Assembly: GCF_004010195.1 (NCBI RefSeq)
Contig: NC_057718.1
Coordinates: 103,109,566-103,150,342, forward strand
Source of the DNA: Chiloscyllium plagiosum
Taxonomy: Eukaryota
Direction of reading: 5' to 3'
Length of the DNA: 40,777 nucleotides
Part shown: positions 12,306 to 22,531 of the stretch, piece by piece
How positions within the stretch are numbered: position 1 is the stretch's first letter
Layout of the letters: every line of letters starts with the position of its first letter
Made by a program: the position numbers and the translations under genes
Notes under the pieces: model-generated
Seen by the model: only the letters and a program-made list of their open reading frames with translations
What the model was told of the DNA's origin: nothing
Databases searched by the model: none

Positions 12306-12407
12306 TGAGCTGCTTTTTTAAACCAGTGCAGGACCCTAAAGTGCAGTGAAGAAGAGGGTTCCAAGTAACAGTGAGATATTTCCAAGTCACAGTGGTAAGT
12401 GGCTTAG

Positions 12408-12520
12408 AAACGTAGAAAATAAAACCAAGAGTAGACCATTCAGCTCTTCGAGTTTGCTCTAATATTCAAGCAGATCAACCAACTCAGTCCTCTGTTCCCA
12501 TTTCCTCTATCCATTGACTG
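12408..12520 (-). mobile_element. CR1 3' tail remnant
   Basis: AGAAACGTAGAAAAT..GAGTAGACCATTCAGCTCTTCGAGTTTGCTC matches other CR1 tails. Confidence 0.6.
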
Positions 12521-13819
12521 ACAGATCGACGTCTACTCCAGTTTCTAATTCTCATGCTTGTTAGCACCTTCTCCTTACACACTGAGCACCTATTATAGAT
12601 TAGTTTGGTGTTCAGTCTATCATACATTGACAAGTAGCACCAGATTGGTTTAAAAGATCAAGTCCATAATACTCCATAACCAGGTCCATCGATCAAATTT
12701 ATTGAAACACACCCTGCTTGGAAGAGATCAATTTTCTTTAATTTGTGCTGTAGTTATTATCATAGACACTGTGGGCCTAAGAAGAACAGATTTTATGGAT
12801 GTATTTCCAGTTTTCAGAGTCTGAACACTTAAGCTAATTAGACATCAGATGATTCCCCCTTGCTAATGTTTGGCAAGCTGCTTGGCTAATTTATGAAATA
12901 TGAATTTATGCAGATTTCCTTTGTTTGCAGCAGCTGTTTGGCAATGCTGTTTTCTCCTAACCAAGTGGCTCCCTGGAGCTGCTTCACAGAATTGTCCCTT
13001 CAGCTGAGTCAGTCTTTCTGTCACACACAAAGGAGCCATCACACTTTGTGAAATGAAACAAGGAGAGTTTTATTTCATAGAGGTTCATCTTATCTGCTCC
13101 ACTTACCACCGCACAGCATTCAGTACGAAGAGACCATCCATCATTGTCTGATTTCCGCATTTCTTTGGCCTCCTTGTTTATTTTAGCTCCGATCCTTCCT
13201 CTATCAGCCCTCCCAACTTCCGTCTCCCTGTTCAATTAAAGGAAATTCTGTTGTTGAGACAGCAGTGAGTACCCGAAAGTTGTTCGTAAATGTAAAGCGA
13301 AGGCCAGGGACAAACTCAGTTAGCCAACTATCTTGATAGTGTGCTAGGATACAAAGCAGGTGCCCAGGTCACATGCGGAAGTATGGTAATGGCTAAGACC
13401 TTCTCAAAATTGAGATTCTTAAATATTGATAAACAGAACCCGGGGAGGGGGAAGAGCAGGGGAGGGGTGGGTGAAAATAACAGAGAAGCAGAGAAATGTC
13501 GGGAGGAAATGAAAGAACTTCAGTTCAAAGTGATAGTGATCAATGGTGGAACAAGTAAAATGGAGTGTAGGTAGGTGAATACAGAGGACAGCAGAGATCA
13601 CAGAGGTTTGTGAGGGTAGAGGATATCACAGTGTTAAAGTTCTGGACAACGACACGGACAAAGTAAGGATTGTAACTTGTTTGGATGCTTCTTGGCTCTT
13701 TTGCTGCCTTTCCAAACAGGTTGCTGGGGAACTGGTCAAGAGTTACAGAAAGTACTCGTCCTGCGAGAGGCAGATACAGAAAGACTCACACTGAGATTGT
13801 TTTTTCAAAACCACTGGGC

Positions 13820-14000
13820 GACTCGAAGTGCTTTCCAGCCAAAGGACGAGTTTTTGAAGTCTAGTCCCTGTTGTCATTTAGGTAACATGGCAACAGAACC
13901 GTACACAGAAAGATCCCACAATGTTGCATTGACTAGCTCATGTTTTTTACGATGTTGGTTGAGGGAATAAATATTGGCCAGGAAACCATGTAACCCACCC
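13820..14000 (-). mobile_element. Deu-domain SINE 3' half
   Basis: GATGTTGGTTGAGGGAATAAATATTGGCCAGG is the reverse complement of the Deu core; AAGTGCTTTCCAGCCAA tail. Confidence 0.8.
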
Positions 14001-14328
14001 CTGCGCTGCTTGTTCTGTGTTCTTGTGAAATTAACCAAATAGTCACAATTAGCTCCCTCAGGTGGCATCACGGTTGTTGTTCTATGCTAATTGCCAATGG
14101 CAACAAAATAAAAGTTAATTGTTGGGAGCGTTTACATTTTGGAAAACTTCCCATTGCTGCAAAACATTTTCAAGAATTTTTGCACCAGCAAGTTGATTTT
14201 TTTTTTCCCAGTGTGTTTCAGATTCCCGAATGCAGTGCTATGACTGACAGGATGATAAATTGACATGTAACAGAATGGAAGGAGATTAAAGTCACACATT
14301 AACATTGTTCAGTCAGTCGGATTAGGTG

Positions 14329-14410
14329 CTAATGAAGGGTTTTGCCCGAAATATTGACTCTCCTGCTGCTCGGATGCTGCCTGACCTGCTGTGCTTTTTC
14401 CAGCGCCACA
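14329..14410 (+). mobile_element. PLE terminal-repeat fragment starting at a decayed hammerhead
   Basis: CTAATGAAGGGTTTTGCCCGAAATATTG...GATGCTGCCTGACCTGCTGTGCTTTTTCCAGC. Confidence 0.8.
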
Positions 14411-15092
14411 TGTGATCGACATCCTCAATGGACTCAACGTCAGTGCAAGTTCACTATCAAATTTCATCCTCAGGTTAATACAGCAGTAATGCCCTTGGAT
14501 TCCAATCTACATGGTGACCAAATCTCTGCCAGCTTATGGCATGTAATGCCCATCCACATTTAACTGGTCTCTTCAGACCTCTGTTCCAAAAACAGTGCCC
14601 TCACCTCAACCACTGTAGTGAACTGGCTAATATTTATCCCTCAATCAACATCAGATTTTGACACTTTATCTGGTCATTATCGCCTTGCTGTTTGTGTTGA
14701 TGTGCACATATTTGTTGCTGTATTGCCTACATTACAACAGTCATTATTTGGAATATTGCAATAGGTAACTCACTCCTCCCCAAAACCCGTCCGCCATCTA
14801 CAAGGCACAACTCAGGAGTGTGATGGATTACCTCCCACTTGCCTGGATGGGGGCAGCTCCAACAACATTCAAGAAGCTCGACACCATCCAGGACAAAGCG
14901 GCCCGCTTGAAAGGCTTCAACAACCCTCCACCAGCCATTTCCTTTACCATCAATGCACAGTAGCAGCAGATATGTATCGTCTACAGGATGCACTGCAACA
15001 ACTCACTGACGCTGCTGAGATGGCAGCTTCCAAATCTGTGAGCACTACCATCAGAAGGCCAAGGGCACACCAGCACCTGCAAGTTCCCCTCT

Positions 15093-15365
15093 AGAGGCCA
15101 CTGTCTAAGGATACAGGATTGGCCATTTAGGATGGAGATGAGGAGAAATTTCTTCACCCAGAGAGTGCGGAGCCTGTGGAATTCTCCATCACAGAAAGTA
15201 GGTGAGGCCAAAATATCGATGTATTACCAAGGAGGAGTTAGTTATAGTTCTTAGAGATAAAGTGATCAAAAGATATTGAGAGAAAGTAGGAACAGGGGAC
15301 TGAGTTGATTGATCAGACATGATCAGTTTGAATGGTCCTCTCTTGGTTTTATTTTGTACGTTTCT
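15093..15365 (+). mobile_element. CR1 3' end inserted in the family-B LINE
   Basis: Encodes RGHCLRIQDWPFRMEMRRNFFTQRVRSLWNS, followed by the tail. Confidence 0.85.
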
Positions 15366-15647
15366 AAGCCACTTATCATCGTGACTTGGAAATATCTCAC
15401 CGCTCCTTCGCAGTTATTAGGTCAATATCTTGAAATTCTCTTTGTCACTACACTCCAGGGGCACCTGCGGCAGATGGACTGCAATGGTTTAAAAAGGCAG
15501 CTGACTACCACCTTCTCAAAGGCAAATAGGAGGATAGGACTATAGGAACAGGAGTAGGCCATGCTGCCCATCGAGCCTGCTCTGCCATTCCAACAGAATG
15601 ATACCATTTTCACCCTACTGTCCCCCATCCCATGGTGTCACTAGTAC

Positions 15648-15759
15648 CCAGACTATCCCCATATCCCTCAGTGTAATTAATATCCAGACTATCCCATATC
15701 TCTCAGTGTAATTCATATCCAGATTATACCCGTATTCCTTGGTGTAATTCATATCCAGA
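15648..15759. repeat. Three tandem ~35-bp units inside the CR1 3' end
   Basis: CCAGACTATCCC(C)ATATC(C/T)CTCAGTGTAATT(A/C)ATAT x2, plus a more divergent third unit. Confidence 0.9.
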
Positions 15760-15941
15760 AATTGATCAATCTCAGTCTTGGATCTATTTAATGAACGAGC
15801 TTCCATGAGCCTCTAGGGTAGAGAATTCCAAACTCTCATCACCTTCTGAGTGAAGAAATTCCTCCTCATCTCAGCCCGAAACCTCCAGCCCATTATTCTA
15901 AAACTATGGCCTTGGTTTTAGAGTCACCAGACATGGAAAAT

Positions 15942-16457
15942 GGCACCTCTGGGCCACCCGGACGAACCAACCCAACCAACCTGTGGCACAGCATTTCAAC
16001 TCCCCCTCCCACTCCACCGAGGATATGCAGGTCATTGGACTCATCCACCGCCAAACCACAACAACCCGACGGTCGGAGGAGGAGCGTCTTATCTTCCGAC
16101 TGGGAACCCTCCAACCGCAGGGGATGAACTTGGACTTCACCAGTTTCTTCATCCCCCCTCCCCCCACCTTGTCTCAGCCGGATCCTTCCAGCCCGGCACC
16201 GCCTTCCTGACCTGCAGTCTTCTTCTTGACCTCTCCGCCTCCACCCTACTCCGACCTATCACCCTCACCTTGACCTCTTTCCACCTATCACATTTCCAAC
16301 TCCCCTCCTCCAAGTCCCTCCTCCCTACCTTTTATCTTCTCCTGCTGAACACTCTCTGCTCATTCCTGAAGAAGGGCCTGTGCCCGAAACGTCGAATCTC
16401 CTGTTCCCTGGATGCTGCCTGACCTGCTGTGCTGTTCCAGCAATAAAGTTTCAACAA
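15942..16457 (+). mobile_element. 5'-truncated young Penelope-like element (GIY-YIG C-terminus plus terminal repeat)
   Basis: 14-bp TSD CAGACATGGAAAAT (15928-15941, 16458-16471). Encodes VAQHFNSPSHSTEDMQVIGLIHRQTTTTRRSEEERLIFRLGTLQPQGMNLDFTSF. AATAAA at 16442. Confidence 0.93.
16362..16397 (+). ncRNA. Minimal type-I hammerhead ribozyme (intact core)
   Basis: ATTC (stem I) - CTGAAGA - A - GGGC CTGT GCCC (stem II) - GAAAC - GTC - GAAT (stem I'). Loopless palindromic stem III (ACGT). Predicted cleavage after C16393. Confidence 0.8.
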
Positions 16458-16584
16458 CAGACATGGAAAATATCCTATTCACATCCATCCTGCCATATTC
16501 TGAAGAATTTTACAACTCTCAATGAGACCTGTCTTTGAAACTAGAGAATATGGGCTCAGTTTCCTAAGTCTGTCCTCAGAAGAC

Positions 16585-16715
16585 TTTCTCCCCACCCCCA
16601 CCCTCCTCTCATTTATCTCTCCACCCTTCAGGCTCTCTGCCTGTATTCCTGATGAAGGGCTTTTGCCCGAAACATTGATTTTACTGCTCCTCAGATGCTG
16701 CCACTCTAATCTAGA
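16585..16715 (+). mobile_element. Short PLE terminal-repeat insertion with decayed hammerhead
   Basis: 10-bp TSD CTCAGAAGAC (16575-16584, 16716-16725). Contains ATTCCTGATGAAGGGCTTTTGCCCGAAACATTG. Confidence 0.88.
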
Positions 16716-17070
16716 CTCAGAAGACAATCCTGTCACTCCAGTGGTTAACCTGGTGATACTCCATTGAATTCCCTCTCTGGAAAGTATATCCTTCCTTAGA
16801 TAAGGAAACTCAAACTGTACACAATAGTTCAGGCACTGTCTCACTGCGTTTCTATGGAACTACAGCAAGACATCTCTACCTCTGTAATCAATCCTTTGTG
16901 ATCAAGACCAACTATAGCTGCTATAGCTGCAAGCTACTTTAAGTGACTCGTGAACAAACACACCCAGGACCAGTTGGACATCAAGAATTCTCAACATTTC
17001 ATCTTTGAGAGAATGCACTGTCTTTCTGTTTTTGTTTACCAAATTAGATTAACCTTGTACTTACTCATTT

Positions 17071-17204
17071 CCAGCACTAGAGGGCACAGGTTTAGGGTGA
17101 GAGGGGAAAGATATAAAAGGGACCCTAAGGGGCAACATTTCCATGCAGATGGTGGTACGTGTATGGAATGAGCTGCCAGAGGATGTGGTGGAGGCTGGTA
17201 CAAT
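17071..17204 (+). mobile_element. Internal CR1 fragment lacking the 3' tail
   Basis: Encodes STRGHRFRVRGERYKRD..VVRVWNELPEDVVEAGT. Confidence 0.85.
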
Positions 17205-17732
17205 CTCTCTGACTATGCCTGGCATATTTCATCTGCCATGCTCTTGCCCATTCATTTAACCTTTCCAAGTCCCCTTGACTCTTCCTTGCTCATCCTCAAA
17301 ACATACAACATTCCTTCTTAATTTTATGTCATCAGCAAATCCGGAAATCTGATATTTGGTGGGATAACAGTAAATACTGATCTACCTAGCAATGCTGACA
17401 TCCCATTTAAAAATCAAAAATACTTCACAAATTTCTGCATTGGCTATAAAGCCCTTTGGAACACCATGACATCATGAAAGACCTGATGTAAATTCAAATC
17501 TTTCTTACAATTTCTCAGAGGGAATTAAAATTGAGGTCTGTAATTCTGAAAGCTATTCTCATTTTCCAGGAGTAAATATCATTCCATAACAGAAGTAGCT
17601 TTATGCTATTTATGTTATAAGTTTTTATGACTAGAATCCACACTTGAAATAATTTCTAAAGAAGAAATATACTAAATTTCACGGTTCACTGTGCTCTCAT
17701 TCCATTTTGCCAATCTCTCTCCTTTCTGCTTG

Positions 17733-18210
17733 AGAGTCATAAAGAGGTCTTCAGTGCAGAAAAAGGCCCTTCAACCATCAAGTCTGTGCCAGGCAAAAAC
17801 AGCCATTTAATTATTCTAATCCCATTTCCTGCACTGGGTCTACAGTCATGCATGCCTTAGCATTGCAAATGCCACCTAACTGCATCTTAAATGTTGTGAA
17901 GATTTTTGCCTCTCCCACCCAGATTTTGACCACCTTCTGGGGGAGAACAATTTCCTCACGTATCCTCTAAACAGCTTGCACGGGACCTGCAAATCGATTC
18001 TGCCAGGCATTGATCCCTACAACAAGGGTAAAACTACCTTCTTATCTGCCCTATCTACGTCACTTATCATTTTAACAACCCTAGTCTGTCCACTCTCTCT
18101 TCATAATTAAAGCCCTCCAGCCCAGGCTATACCCTGGTCAATCTCCCTGTACGCTCTCTCCAGTGCGATCTCATCCATCCTAGAATGTGGATTCCTGAAC
18201 TGCACTTAAA
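17733..18210 (-). mobile_element. Degenerate CR1 3' end
   Basis: Tail AGAGTCATAAAGAGG..AGGCCCTTCAACCATC. Internal CCCTCCAGCCCAGGC..CCTGGTCAATCTCC..CTCTCCAGTGCG corresponds to ALE..RLTR..PGLEG. Confidence 0.7.
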
Positions 18211-18622
18211 ACCTGTGCTCGTTTTTATTGCTGTCAAATATGTGATAATCTGCCTACTTTCATATTTCAAAAGCATGGTTTGCATTATTTACTTTTGTTT
18301 CTTTATCCCTAGTGTCCAATTGATTGTTGTCAAATTAATGTCAGTTTGGCTACAATTCTTTTCCAAAGATTATTTTGTCCCTCACAGTGAGTATTGCCAA
18401 CCACGTTCTCCCCCACCCTACCCCCACCAACCCCTCAATTAAATATACCACTATTCCAGAAGACCATTTGATTGGACCAAATCAGCTTTGGGATCTCTCA
18501 GTTGTGACGTTAAACAAGATCCTTTTTATCCTGAAGGGAGGATTACACAGTCCCAATCCAAGAGCAGACTGCACTCCAGAGTATTAGTAAACTTTCAGTA
18601 CGTATGATTAGATTATCGACCT

Positions 18623-18914
18623 GGTGGCTTAGTGGTTAACACTGCTGCCTCACAGCGTCAGGGACCCAGGTTCAATTTCAGTCTCGGGCGATTCTCTGTG
18701 TGGAGATTGCACATTCTCCCAGTGTCTGCGTGGGTTTCCTCTGGGTGCTCTAGTTTCCTCCCACAGTCCAAAGATGTGCAGGTTAGGGTGGATTAGCCAT
18801 GGGAGATGCAAGGTTACAGGGACAGGTGGGTGGGTCTGGGTGGGATGCTCTTCAGAGGGTTGGTGTGTGGACTTGTTGGGTCGAATGGCCTATTTCTATT
18901 CTATAGGAAGTCTA
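18623..18914 (+). mobile_element. HE1 SINE (V-SINE)
   Basis: A box TGGCTTAGTGG, B box GGTTCAATTTC, V-domain GTCTGCGTGGGTTTCCTCTGGGTGCTC..CCCACAGTCCAAAGATGTGCAGG, CR1-like tail. Confidence 0.93.
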
Positions 18915-18917
18915 GGA

Positions 18918-19060
18918 TTTGCTCATGTTGTTGTCTGTGGGATCTTGCTGCCAGACAACAGGTCACTGTATTTCTTCCATTACATCGGTGACTATACTTT
19001 AAAAGCAATTAATTGGCTTTAACATGGGACATCCAGTGATTGTGAATTGTGTTGCTTCAG
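18918..19060 (+). mobile_element. Deu-domain SINE tail remnant
   Basis: TGTGGGATCTTGCTG..CATTACA..GTGACTATACTTTAAAAG..ATTGGCT. Confidence 0.6.
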
Positions 19061-19773
19061 TACACACCTTTCTTCACTTGATCTAATGTGGAACTGCCAG
19101 GGCTGCATGAGATTTTGGTCATCCAAGGAATTTTCCACTCATTCTGGTAAGAAATTGGAATCAAATTTCTCTGTTAGCGTTGCACCTTTATTGCTGATTA
19201 ACTAAAGCATGTGGGTCCAAGGATGCACCGTATCATCATTCTGTGCCTGGGGGTCCTCTCAAATTCCAAACATCTCCACTAAATCCCTTCGCTCCCTCTT
19301 GCATGCCTGAAGCTTCTGTGCACTCAAGTACAGTGGACAGATTGATGGTTTTAATTTGGAAGGAAAGCGAAGATTTAATTGCAGTTTACACCAGTGAGAG
19401 GCATGTATATTGTTCACAAACATGCAGTCAAGCTGCTAAATGCAGAGGATAGAAAATGTTATTCTCCACAAACAGACACACTAAAGAAACAGAAAAGGTT
19501 AACAAGACAGATAGAATATGGAGGTGAGTGCAGGATTGCAGTGGGAAAGGAGAATTTAAACAAAAACATAATCTAATATGGGCAAGTTCACATTGAAAGT
19601 TAACAGAAAAGTTGGTCATGTGATTTTCCTCTCCCAGGTCCAGTCTGAAGCCATGTAATTGTTCCAGTATGTAGTGAGCAAACTTGAATTGAAGTGACTC
19701 AGGCAGCACACAGCAGGTGGAGAGGTAAAAACAAGGACTGCAGATGCTGGAAACCAGATTCTAGATTAGAGTG

Positions 19774-20128
19774 ATTAGATTAGATTAGATTAGATTAGAT
19801 TACTTACAGCGTGGAAACAGGCCCTTCGGCCCAACAAGTCCACACCAACCCGCCGAAGCGCAACCCACCCATACCCCTACATTTACCCCTTATTACCTAG
19901 GTAATACCCCTTATTACCTAACACTAAGGGCAATTTAGCATGGAACAATTCACCTAACCTGCACATCTTTGGACTGTGGGAGGAAACCGGAGCACCCGGA
20001 GGAAACCCACGCAGACACGGGGAGAACGTGCAAACTCCACACAGTCAGTCGCCTGAGTCGGGAATTGAACCCGGGTCTCTGGCGCTGTGAGGCAGCAGTG
20101 CTAACCACTGTGCCACTGTGCCGCCCAC
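19774..20128 (-). mobile_element. Full-length young HE1 SINE with (TCTAA)n tail
   Basis: Head GGCGGCACAGTGGCACAGTGGTTAGC, B box GGTTCAATTCCC, V-domain. AGTG is duplicated at 19770-19773 and 20129-20132. Confidence 0.96.
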
Positions 20129-20178
20129 AGTGGTGCTGGAAAAGCACAGCAGGTCAGGCAGCATGCGAGGAGCAGGAA

Positions 20179-20214
20179 AATCGACGTTTCGGGCAAAAGC
20201 CCTTCATCAGGAAT
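20179..20214 (-). ncRNA. Minimal hammerhead motif, intact core
   Basis: Minus strand: ATTC-CTGATGA-A-GGGC-TTTT-GCCC-GAAAC-GTC-GATT. Stem I has one U.U mismatch. Confidence 0.7.
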
Positions 20215-20438
20215 GTGCCTGATGAAGGGCTTTTGCCCGAAATGTTGATTTTCCTGCTCCTCAGATGCTGCCTGACCTGCTGTGCTTTTCTAGCACCACT
20301 CTGATCTAGAACACAGCAGGCGGAGAGGAGAGGGTGTACTATTAGGTGAAGGCAGGTCAAAGGAAACATTCTGGCACCTTAAAACTACAGCAGCAGAATC
20401 CCAGCAAAGCAACAAAACTTCATGTGTTGTAGGTTTCC

Positions 20439-21445
20439 AGTCACACAGCATGGAAACACACCCTTCTTCCTAAGCTGACCGTGTTCCCAAAACTACCCAG
20501 GTCCCACCTGCTTGTGTATGGCCCATATCCCTCCAACCCTTTCCTATTTGTGTACATTATCCAAATGTCTTTTAAGTGTTGTAACTGTATCCGCATCCAC
20601 CACTTCCTCAGGAACTTCATTTCACACACGAACCACTCTGGAAAAAAAATTGCACCTCATGTCCTTTACAAATCTTTCTCCTCTCACCTTAAAAATTTGC
20701 CCCTTAGTTTTAAACTCCCCCATGCTATGGAAAGGACCATTGCTAGTCACCCTATCCATGCCCCTCGTGATTTTATAAACCTCAATGAGGTCACCCCTCA
20801 ACCTTCTACGCTCCACTGAAAAACGTCTCAGCCTACCCAGCCTCTCCTTATAACTCAAACCTTCCAGCCCCAGCAACATTCTGGTAAATCTATTCTGAAC
20901 CCTTTCCAGTTTAACAATATCCTTCCTATAACAGGGCGACTAGAACTGGACAGAGAACTCAAGAAGAGGCCTCACCAATGTCCTGTACAACCTCAACATG
21001 ACACCCCCAACTCCTATACTCAAAGGTCTGAGCAATGAGGGCAAGTGTGCAAGATGCCTTCTTAACCACCCTGTCTACCTGTGACACAAATTTAAAAGAA
21101 TTGTGTCCCTGAACCCGTAGGTCTCTCTGTTCTACAACACTCCCCAGGGCCCTGTCATTAACTGTATAAGTCTTGCCTTTGGTTGTTTTACCAAAATGCA
21201 ATACCTTGCATTTATCCAAATCAAACTCCATCTGCTGCTCCTCAGCCCATTGGCCCAACTGACCAAGATCATTGTCATTTTAGATAATCTTCTTCACTGT
21301 TCACTATCCCACCAATTTTGGTGCCAACCACAAACTTACTAACCGTGTCATGTAAATTTTCATCCAAATCATTTATATAAGTGACCAATAAAAGTAGACC
21401 CAGTACCAATGCCCGTGGAACACTGCTGTCACTGGTCTCCAGTCC
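20439..21445 (-). mobile_element. CR1 LINE 3' ~1 kb, degenerate
   Basis: Encodes GQWAEEQQMEFDLDKCKVLHFGK..VVEQRDL..; MLLGLEGLSYKERLGRL..RRLRGDLIEVYK. Confidence 0.92.
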
Positions 21446-21823
21446 GTGTGAAATAGCAGGTTCAGAACGGTCAGCAGCTTACACATCTCAGATTGCAGAA
21501 TTGCAGTTCTCTGTGACCTTCTTATCTTCCTGTACAAGCTGCACTCAGTGAATGCTTTTCATTTTTCATTCAAGAGATGTGGGCTTCATTGGTTAGGCCA
21601 GCATTCAATACCGACTCCCACAGCTACCTGGATTACACCTCTTCCCACCCTACCTCTTGCAAAAATGCCATCCCGTATTCCCAATTCCTCCGCCTCCGCC
21701 GTATCTGCTCCCAGGAGGAGCAGTTCCACCATAGAACACACCAGATGGCCTCCTTCTTTAGAGACCACAATTTCCCTTCCCATGTGGTTAAAGATGCCCA
21801 CCAACGCATCTCGTCCACATCCC

Positions 21824-22441
21824 NNNNNNNNNNNNNNNNNNNNNNNNNNNNNNNNNNNNNNNNNNNNNNNNNNNNNNNNNNNNNNNNNNNNNNNNNNNNN
21901 NNNNNNNNNNNNNNNNNNNNNNNNNNNNNNNNNNNNNNNNNNNNNNNNNNNNNNNNNNNNNNNNNNNNNNNNNNNNNNNNNNNNNNNNNNNNNNNNNNNN
22001 NNNNNNNNNNNNNNNNNNNNNNNNNNNNNNNNNNNNNNNNNNNNNNNNNNNNNNNNNNNNNNNNNNNNNNNNNNNNNNNNNNNNNNNNNNNNNNNNNNNN
22101 NNNNNNNNNNNNNNNNNNNNNNNNNNNNNNNNNNNNNNNNNNNNNNNNNNNNNNNNNNNNNNNNNNNNNNNNNNNNNNNNNNNNNNNNNNNNNNNNNNNN
22201 NNNNNNNNNNNNNNNNNNNNNNNNNNNNNNNNNNNNNNNNNNNNNNNNNNNNNNNNNNNNNNNNNNNNNNNNNNNNNNNNNNNNNNNNNNNNNNNNNNNN
22301 NNNNNNNNNNNNNNNNNNNNNNNNNNNNNNNNNNNNNNNNNNNNNNNNNNNNNNNNNNNNNNNNNNNNNNNNNNNNNNNNNNNNNNNNNNNNNNNNNNNN
22401 NNNNNNNNNNNNNNNNNNNNNNNNNNNNNNNNNNNNNNNNN
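21824..22441. other. Assembly gap (618 N)
   Basis: Run of N. Confidence 1.
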
Positions 22442-22495
22442 CCCACCCCCACCCTCCTCTAGCTTATCTCTCCACGCTTCAGGCTCTCTGCCTTT

Positions 22496-22531
22496 ATTCC
22501 TGATGAAGGGCTTTTGCCCGAAACGTCAATT
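22496..22531 (+). ncRNA. Minimal hammerhead motif, core intact, stem I weakened
   Basis: ATTC-CTGATGA-A-GGGC-TTTT-GCCC-GAAAC-GTC-AATT. Confidence 0.6.

Larger units (their letters stand above)
15533..17352 (-). mobile_element. CR1 LINE 3' ~1.1 kb, interrupted by PLE and CR1 fragments
   Basis: FADD motif on the minus strand at 17328-17339; LNYCVQF..PYLRKDIL; RRNFFTQKV; tail at 15533-15600. Confidence 0.85.
14746..17415 (+). mobile_element. Family-B LINE 3' end in three pieces (14746-15092, 15366-15530, ~17358-17415)
   Basis: Encodes IYKAQLRSVMDYLPLAWMGAAPTTFKKLDTIQDKAARL. The 3' tail resumes after the CR1 insertions. Confidence 0.8.
14620..17505 (+). mobile_element. Deu-domain SINE split by nested insertions (pieces 14620-14745 and ~17420-17505)
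   Basis: TGGCTAATATTTATCCCTCAATCAACATCAG...CCTACATTACAACAGT resumes as ATACTTCAC..CATTGGCTATAAAGCCCTTTGG..TCTTTCTT. Confidence 0.65.
19726..20310. mobile_element. Palindromic PLE terminal-repeat element with two back-to-back hammerheads, interrupted by HE1
   Basis: TSD ACACAGCAGG(T/C)GGAGAGG (19708-19725, 20311-20328). Arms 20129-20211 (plus 19760-19773) and 20218-20310 are inverted repeats. Confidence 0.9.

Noticed and set aside
15648..15759. CRISPR-like ~35-bp repeats
   Set aside because: Contiguous tandem units without spacers, inside a CR1, in eukaryotic DNA.
18623..18690. tRNA genes at A/B-box sites
   Set aside because: They are SINE heads continuing into V- or Deu-domains; no complete cloverleaf seen.
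20129..20310. DNA-transposon MITE or pre-miRNA
   Set aside because: Arms are PLE terminal repeats and the TSD is long and variable between loci, consistent with retrotransposition.
21548..22503. Longest ORFs in the track (288-308 aa)
   Set aside because: Length is an artefact of the N run; only the PLE peptide left of the gap is real.
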